Assembly (NCBI RefSeq): GCF_001194135.2
Contig: NC_068984.1
Span: 106,912,722-106,955,633 of the forward strand
Direction: 5' to 3'
Length of the DNA: 42,912 nucleotides
Source of the DNA: Octopus bimaculoides
Taxonomy: Eukaryota
The notes below the pieces were generated by a model. The model worked only from the letters and a program-made list of their open reading frames with translations. It searched no databases and had not been told where the DNA came from. Positions 35,346-42,912 of this stretch are shown piece by piece (position 1 is the stretch's first letter; the number at the start of each line of letters is the position of its first letter). Made by a program: the position numbers and the translations under genes.

Positions 35346-36989
35346 GAACCGGTATTAAGGAAGGATAGGAGAATCCGTCAAATGTAAATAATATATATAT
35401 ATATATATATATATATGCAATTATTCATATACAAAGCTGAATGGTGCTTTTATATTTTGTCAAAGAAAAACTTTGCAAAGAGACTTGTGCCTATACAAAT
35501 ACAGGGTTTCACCGAGAAAGCTCTTGGGTTGCCAATGACGGTATTTTCCCCTGATTTGTTCTAAGCTAAAAATGTTTATTCCGATATAGAAATCGGTAAG
35601 CAAAACACTTACCAATTCGAGCGAAAGCTGGCCGGCTGGAATTAAATCAATATACGCATTCGAGAATACTCTGTATATCATTATAAATTCTTTTATTTAT
35701 TTATTAATCTTCAGGTATTACTTTATATAACTTTTATATTGTTGTTTGTTACTCTGATTTTCTTTAATCAGATCGAATGAGAACTGATTATTTGGATAAA
35801 TAACGTTAAGTTTGATTTGAGTTAATAATTTCGACAGACACACAAATACTTATTGGTTGTTCCTTAAAAGTAATTATACTAAATATCCTATAATAATAAT
35901 TGGCCTCCCGTGATGGCTTTGCGCACTTCGTCTATTGTCTAAAATGCAAATGACCTTCAGACTACCACTTAAAGTTAGTGTTGCGCAAAAATATTTGGTT
36001 TAGTTTTCTTGTTTTCTTGTACAGTTAATGTAATAAAGAAAAACCCCGAATCTTAAGCATCGCATCACTTTTGTATAATACAACATTGATAGTTCGAACC
36101 ACAGTTTCCTCACTAAAAGAAGTGATCTTATGCAAATGCAGATATCTATATAAAATCTATATAAAATGCAGATATCTGTATAGAAGTCTATATAAAATCG
36201 GATTTCATACTCCCTCTAAACAAGAAAAATGTAAACTCTAACTTTTAGATAACTTACAATTATATTGCCAAAGCAAGTCTCATTCTGAACGTAAAATATA
36301 TAGAATCATATTTGTTATGAATAATATCACTGTAAGATATTAGAAAAATATACGAATCAGCTGAACGCTTCATCAATTATGTCATTACAATCTGAAAGGC
36401 GAAAGCCTTTGGGTGGCATTCTTGTAGATAACGCAGTTTTGGTTTCAATCTTTTGCAAACTCACTTAGGTTTTAAAATTTTGCACCATAATCAAATAAAA
36501 GGAATATCTGATTACAGCAAAATAACTGAAACTTTATTATATTTTGCAGCACAACTATAATGGTTCGCTTTTGAACGTATAATAGGAATTACGCTTTTCA
36601 GTGGAAATATATTTCATTACTCCCCAAAACACAGTGGATTTTAAAATAGTACATAACTGCTGCCCAAATGTCATGTTTAAATTTCAGTATATTTGTCATT
36701 ACAGCTAACCGATTATTCATGTAACATGCGATGTTACGTATTAATTATTTCTGTTTTGTTGCTATTGAGACCGAAGTCAATCATTACCGTGAAACCTGAT
36801 GTTTCAAATTTTCCAGTCATAACATCCCATCTTTTTTGCAAAATAGCATAATATAAAGGATACTTGACTGCTATTTCTATCCAGTCACATAAAAATTTCC
36901 TCGGATATGATACACGTTTAACGCAATGAATGTATTAAGTCTCTGCAATTGAGGGAATTAGTATCCAATTATATGTTACTTATAAAATG

Positions 36990-37577
36990 AGAAAATTGCT
37001 AATCCACCGAACATGCTAATCCAACGAATATGCCTGGGCCAGTCAGATTATAAGGTCATAATTGATCAAAAATCGGGGAAATTCGGGCGTTTCCATTGAA
37101 AAATTCCAAGAGAGTATTAAGATGTAATGAAAACAAAAAATCAATTCAGTTTAAACAAGAAAAAATGCTTTAATACCTATTTGAAAAAAAGTAATTTGAT
37201 ACAAATCTGAAAATTAAACTTTAAACATCGATCGATACAAAATTAAAACAAACTGAAACTATGAATAAGAGAAAGAAATAATGAGTCAAGTTAAAACTAA
37301 ACATCAGAACTGTATCAGCAATTAATGATTTTTTTTACAATTGAAATTAATCAATTGGTGTTTTCCTTGCAAACGGCTCACAACATAATTAACTGTAGCG
37401 CTGTTGTTTTTGAGATATCGAATTATTTGCAGTTTTTAAAATGTTTGACGTTTAATTTTTTTCATGGTTTGGTCATATGTTTGGGTTTGATCATCTGTGA
37501 AATTATCCTTTAAAGCTAATGCTATTTTATCTCTTGGATTAATTGTATCGTTTGCGTTAGGATTACGAATTTTTTTT
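36990..37577 (-). mobile_element. Possible pogo/Tigger-like remnant
   Basis: Inverted TAATCC-repeat termini (AAAATTGCTAATCC...CTAATCCAA at 36990-37025 vs TTGGATTA...GGATTACGAATTTT at 37530-37575). The minus frame MKKIKRQTF*KLQIIRYLKN resembles a CENP-B-type N-terminal HTH. Confidence 0.35.
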
Positions 37578-37725
37578 TTTAATTCCCAAAACAGCTACTA
37601 ATTTGATATATGCACAAGTTTGTAACACATCGTATCACGTGTACTATCAAGCTTATATCTCAAATTTGCTAAGTGAGATATTTACTTTCTGGTGGCATTA
37701 TAAATTTTTTCTATCTATTCCTTTG

Positions 37726-37771
<46 letters not shown>

Positions 37772-38015
37772 NNNNNNNNNNNNNNNNNNNNNNNNNNNNN
37801 NNNNNNNNNNNNNNNNNNNNNNNNNNNNNNNNNNNNNNNNNNNNNNNNNNNNNNNNNNNNNNNNNNNNNNNNNNNNNNNNNNNNNNNNNNNNNNNNNNNN
37901 NNNNNNNNNNNNNNNNNNNNNNNNNNNNNNNNNNNNNNNNNNNNNNNNNNNNNNNNNNNNNNNNNNNNNNNNNNNNNNNNNNNNNNNNNNNNNNNNNNNN
38001 NNNNNNNNNNNNNNN
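37772..38015. other. Assembly gap between (CT)n and (TG)n
   Basis: Run of N. Confidence 0.98.
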
Positions 38016-38016
38016 N

Positions 38017-38073
<57 letters not shown>

Positions 38074-38269
38074 ATACGCTAGTTCTAAAATCTCTCTAAG
38101 AGATCAACGCAGTAGTTGTACTAACAATATTCGTAGCGACTTTAACATGGCTGTCCGTTCGAGCGGACTCTACTGCGATTTTTAACCCCAAGAGGACATT
38201 TTCTCTCGCATGTTAACGATGCACAGCTGCGTGCAATCGAATTGCGAGCAGGGGAGCGAACCCTTACCA

Positions 38270-38945
38270 CCTCCTACTGATGGGACTAGTAGACCAGTCC
38301 TGGCTTTGGGCTATTTCTGCCACTCCTCAGTAGTGGACACCTCGTTTGCTAGAGATGATAGCAGCTCGCTTCTGTACGCAATATATATATTTCAAGTGAA
38401 TATACAGTCGCTAATTTTGCAACAAGCAAGATCATTTGCATCACATAATTGCAGCAGTCATGTTCCCTCCTCATTTCTAAATCCAAAACCACAGCTCCAT
38501 GGTGATGCTGTCCAAAATGGCCACTGAAGTCGCCAGCCACAATAACAAAATATGGGTCATTTGTCATTGATATGGTCTGTAAAAGGACAATAAAATTGGT
38601 CCTTCTCAACCCAGATTGAGGAGCAATAAGCAGAGTTAAATGTAACAGTTAGTTTACCTCTGATAAGTCTCATCTTAATTACCCTATCACATACTCTGAC
38701 TACCGCAATTACTTTATCTACCCACATTTCTGCTAACAATATGCTTACACCACCTACTACATCCTTCCTGCCGACCCAGAAGAATTTGAATCTGCCTCTT
38801 ACGCACGAGGAATCTAACTAAGTCTCCACTCCATCTTACTACTTGCACACCACACATATCAACATGTCGTAGCTCCAAAATTTCAATCATCTACCTACTT
38901 CTTCCTTTCATTGTGCTAGCATTGATGGTAGCGACTCTGAGATTG
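38270..38945 (-). pseudogene. RTE/BovB-like LINE APE endonuclease remnant
   Basis: LRVATINASTMKGRS...LELRHVD, FFWVG...GGVSILLAEMWVDKVIAVVRVCDRVIK, SAY, VIVAGDFSGH: motifs of the apurinic endonuclease domain. Confidence 0.87.
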
Positions 38946-39109
38946 AGTACCTGGGAGTGGTGGTGGCATGGTAGTTGTGGAAAGTTTGTCATCTTTTGAA
39001 ACGAAGATCTGCGAAAACACTTGCCGAGTAGCACAGAGCTTTGACAAGAGAGGTTGAAAGAAGGGGAGATAATAAAATATTAGTGGTCCCAAAACGATAG
39101 TGCGCGTGC

Positions 39110-40080
39110 GTTTATGTGTATGTGACTATGTGTGTGTGTGTGTGTGTGTGTGGATAGGTGATAGTGACATTGATGTGTGTGGATTTGTGCGTCTTTAACG
39201 TGTAGGTGTGTGGTTGATGGTGTATGAGTGTGCAGATGATAATGTGTGGTGTGAGTGATGGGAAATGGTCAGTGCTAGTGTGTATGGAGTGGTGTAATAT
39301 GGTGTGGTGGTGTGGGGTATGGTATGGTGTAATGTGGTGTGAGGATGTGGAGGTAGGGTGTGAGGGTGTGGATTTGGTGTGTAAAGAGAGGAAGTAGGTG
39401 TCAGAGGGAGAGAGGAGAGCAGGGAAGTCAGTGGAAGAGAGGAGGGGATTTGAGCCATGTGGCGCAAATGAGCGAAGAGAGAAGATTGAAACCTGTTCAC
39501 GGCGAAAGCGGGAGTACAAATGGCCCCTGTGCAAAGACAATCCGAACACAGACAGGTGTTGTAGTGAATGACCGGTAAAGCGGAAATGGCGTGAGACTGG
39601 GGTGTTATTGCCGTGTTTGATGTCTCGAACCAAGTGGCGTCCAGCTTAACCGATGTATAGAGAAGGGAAGAAAGAGCAGGGGATGCAGTAAATCACGTTC
39701 CTAGAAGTTCAGGTAAGGAGCCGGTGATATAATAGGGACGATGATGGGTGCCTGTGAGGATGGTGGTGTTGGAGGGTGAGGCAATTGCGGCAGCGTCGGC
39801 AAAAGGAGGGGAACGAGGCAAGTTGAGAGGTTGGGTTAGGGAAGAAACTGTGGACCAGGTGGTTGCGCAGGCTATGGGCTCGGTTGAAGGAGGGAAGGGA
39901 TGGGTTGGCGAAGATGTGCGAGTTGGAGGAGTCGGACTGGAGTCGCCAGGAGGGGCAGGGTGGTGGGGTGGTTGGTGAGGGGAAACGGGAGACGGGAAAT
40001 GGCGGGGCGGCTGCGGAGAGAGAGAGAGAGTAGAGGTACTGTCCATAGAACGAGCTGTGTGGATATTGGCGAGGGGATAT
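39110..40080 (-). pseudogene. Penelope-like element 3' part (Neptune-like: RT C-terminus, Cys linker, GIY-YIG) with a CAC-rich tail
   Basis: WRLQSD...HIFANPSLPSFNRAHSLRNHLVHS...SFCRRCRNC; SRNVIYCIPCS...LYIG*AGRHL; RDIKHGNNTPVSRHF...REQVSIFSLRSFAPHGSN. Confidence 0.9.
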
Positions 40081-40081
40081 C

Positions 40082-40664
40082 NNNNNNNNNNNNNNNNNNN
40101 NNNNNNNNNNNNNNNNNNNNNNNNNNNNNNNNNNNNNNNNNNNNNNNNNNNNNNNNNNNNNNNNNNNNNNNNNNNNNNNNNNNNNNNNNNNNNNNNNNNN
40201 NNNNNNNNNNNNNNNNNNNNNNNNNNNNNNNNNNNNNNNNNNNNNNNNNNNNNNNNNNNNNNNNNNNNNNNNNNNNNNNNNNNNNNNNNNNNNNNNNNNN
40301 NNNNNNNNNNNNNNNNNNNNNNNNNNNNNNNNNNNNNNNNNNNNNNNNNNNNNNNNNNNNNNNNNNNNNNNNNNNNNNNNNNNNNNNNNNNNNNNNNNNN
40401 NNNNNNNNNNNNNNNNNNNNNNNNNNNNNNNNNNNNNNNNNNNNNNNNNNNNNNNNNNNNNNNNNNNNNNNNNNNNNNNNNNNNNNNNNNNNNNNNNNNN
40501 NNNNNNNNNNNNNNNNNNNNNNNNNNNNNNNNNNNNNNNNNNNNNNNNNNNNNNNNNNNNNNNNNNNNNNNNNNNNNNNNNNNNNNNNNNNNNNNNNNNN
40601 NNNNNNNNNNNNNNNNNNNNNNNNNNNNNNNNNNNNNNNNNNNNNNNNNNNNNNNNNNNNNNNN
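40082..40664. other. Assembly gap
   Basis: Run of N. Confidence 0.99.
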
Positions 40665-40700
40665 ATATGATATACAAATATATATCTATATACATATATG

Positions 40701-40793
<93 letters not shown>

Positions 40794-40795
40794 TG

Positions 40796-40967
40796 GTTTC
40801 GAATTTTGGCACAAGTCTATTACATCCACACCAGTGCTCAACTGGTATTTATTTTATCGACTCCGAAATAATGAAAAGCAAAGTCGACGTCGGTGGATTT
40901 TGAATTCAGAATGTAAACACGGATGAAATGTCACAGTACGGTAACGATTCTGGCAACTCACTGCTTT
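40796..40967 (-). mobile_element. SINE family A
   Basis: CAACTGGTATTTATTTTATCGAC...AAAGTCGACGTCGG...AACGATTCTGGCAACTCAC. Confidence 0.87.
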
Positions 40968-41145
40968 AATCTCTACACATATCAAATAGATTCTGAAGAT
41001 ATATTCTTTGATTCAATATACAAAAAAAAAAAGAAAACAGTATTATGAGTGTGATGTGTGTTGATATGGAGACAAAATCATTCTCAAATAGTAATAATGG
41101 GAATAAAGTGTTTACTACCGTTATTGTAAACATCTATAATTGAAG

Positions 41146-41199
41146 GTTATATAATAGAATGAAGAATGTGTATGAGTTTGCTATTCAAAATAACATCAA
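41146..41199 (+). CDS. Candidate 54-nt symmetric exon (phase 2/2)
   Basis: aattgaag|G-LYNRMKNVYEFAIQNNI-AA|gtgagt; consensus donor, weak acceptor. Confidence 0.2.
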
Positions 41200-41346
41200 G
41201 TGAGTTTATCTTAAAATAAGCCATTATATTAATGTATTCTTTAACTGGCATCCCTCTTAGAACTGCAGTTATGCTGTTGCAAGGACTTCAAGATATTAGT
41301 CTAATATATTGAATACAGTACTCTTCAATAGTTTAGTCTAATATAT

Positions 41347-41500
41347 TCTTTTCTACACTAGGCACAAGGCCCAAAATATATTTTTTACTGTGGGGGCAGT
41401 CGATTGCATCGACCTTAGTGCGCAACTGGTACTTAATTTATCGACCCGAAAGGATGAAAGGAAAAGTCGACCTCGACGGAAATTTATCTCAGAACGTAAA
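41347..41500 (-). mobile_element. SINE family A, 5'-truncated
   Basis: AACTGGTACTTAATTTATCGACCCGAAAGGATGAAAGG..AAGTCGACCTCG. Confidence 0.9.
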
Positions 41501-41863
41501 TAGACTAATGTATTCAATACAGTACTTTAATTTATTGTGCTCTATTTGTCGAAATTTTGAGTTACGAGATATTGTCTAGCATAACATAAACAGCATTATA
41601 CTTTAGACTGGTGAAAATATAAACACAGAAGCATATACATGAGTTGCTTGTGGATTATTAGAAAGGGTGATTCGTATCAAAAAGGCAAATGTTTCGTGCA
41701 GAATAGGTTTACAAAAGATTGATACTTTGTTACCGTTTATCGAATATATAGTCCGTTCAAAGAAAGAGCAGAAAAATAAACTATTGAGAAGAACTAATAT
41801 GAAATACGTGAATTTTGTTTCGAAATGAAACGTAATCATGAATACAGAGGATATACTGATATT

Positions 41864-42086
41864 GGTTTCAAATTCTGGTACGAGGCCAGTAGTTGCAGGG
41901 TCGAGAGTTAGTCGATTAGGTCGACCCTATTCCTCAAATCACATCAAGGTCGACTTGATCTTTCATATCGAAAGGATGAAAGGCAAAGTCGACTGCGGTG
42001 GTGTTTAACCTAAGAATGTAAAGATGGATGAAATGCCGCTAAGCATTTTGCCTGGCGTGCTAACGATTCCGCCAGCTCGCTGCCTT
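41864..42086 (-). mobile_element. SINE family A with an internal inverted duplication
   Basis: Family head at 42020-42086 and core at 41967-42008; 41934-41966 is an oppositely oriented copy of the core. Confidence 0.85.
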
Positions 42087-42388
42087 AATGTATGTCGATA
42101 TTAAAAGAAGGGGAGTAGAGAATTTATAGACAGGGTAAGGAGTGGTGAGGTACTGAGATGGATATATTATAAAAGTGAGAGAGGGAGGCTATAAAGTTCA
42201 AAGGCACAGAGATGTATTTGTATGCATGCAAATATAAAACATAGGTGCGAGTGAACAAACACAGAAATATATGAAGAAAATGGTTGTGCTCTCAATTTGA
42301 ATGATATTCTAATTGCTAAGAAGTTCAAGTCCTTGGCTGAGTAATTGAAGTTATAATGTTAGTTTTGATTATTTTCTTCGCATTTCAG

Positions 42389-42555
42389 TTCGAGGTAAAA
42401 GTTAGTAGCCAAATTCAAAATTGCTTCATGAACAAGACCGAATTTGTGATGCGGCAGGTAAAGACATCTGTTGTCGTACTTATGCAGAAATATACTGTTG
42501 CTATAGAATTTGGTGAGCTTCAAAGTAGTGCGAGTCTACGTGTCGTACGAACGAA
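42389..42555 (+). CDS. Candidate exon of an unidentified gene
   Basis: Strong acceptor ttattttcttcgcatttcag, open phase-0 frame FEVKVSSQIQNCF...KYTVAIEFGELQSSASLRVVRT, and donors after 42457 (CAG|gtaaag) or 42555 (GAA|gtatgt). Confidence 0.3.
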
Positions 42556-42654
42556 GTATGTATGTTCTTCATCCACAGAGAGGTCATTTCCACGTAAACT
42601 CTCATTTTATGTGTTAGTGTTTGTATGTTTGTGTGCGCGTAAGATATAGATAAA

Positions 42655-42713
42655 TAGAGAGAGAGCGAGGAGAGAGAGAGAGAGAGCGAGGAGAGAGAGA
42701 GAGGGAGAGCGAG

Positions 42714-42783
<70 letters not shown>

Positions 42784-42912
42784 GATAAAGAATGAGATAT
42801 AGATAGACAGAGATAGAGAGAGATAGAAAGGTAGAGAGAGAGGGAGAAAGAAAGAGAGAAAGAGAGAGACAGAGAGAGACAAAGAGAGACAGAGGGGGGA
42901 TATGTAGAGACA
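42655..42912. repeat. (GA)n/(GACA)n compound microsatellite
   Basis: Direct reading. Confidence 0.95.

Noticed and set aside
1220-42882. Most ORFs in the six-frame track (poly-YI/HT/CV/RE/L/N tracts)
   Set aside because: They are translations of di-, tri- and tetranucleotide microsatellites, not genes.
1-42912. CRISPR arrays, rRNA, prokaryotic operons or terminators
   Set aside because: No regularly spaced repeat-spacer units or rRNA-like sequence; the window is eukaryotic repeat-rich DNA.

Overview
AT-rich, microsatellite-dense eukaryotic genomic DNA from a draft assembly with six N gaps, most of them bordered by simple repeats. The SINE families and repeat landscape look like an octopod cephalopod (Octopus-like); that assignment is an inference from pattern recall, not a search. 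No intact gene is recognisable, and most listed ORFs are translations of microsatellites or gaps. The supportable content is decayed mobile DNA: three tRNA-type SINE families (about 25 copies or fragments), RTE-like LINE fragments (RT and APE), two R4/Dong-like RLE-endonuclease 3' ends inside (TAA)n arrays, three Penelope-like (PLE) remnants, a Tc1/mariner transposase pseudogene, a hAT-type MITE carrying a TSD-flanked SINE insertion, and a pogo-like remnant. The most interesting observations are (i) a (TAA)n 'landing pad' at 5.35-7.1 kb with three co-oriented elements, two of which share a 5' head on different bodies, (ii) a minimal hammerhead-ribozyme-like motif with an unusually long stem II at about 29.07-29.17 kb, and (iii) an unclassified nested fold-back element at 13.0-14.4 kb. 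Several isolated splice-bounded open frames may be exons of unrecognised host genes, at low confidence. All identities and structures were judged by eye.
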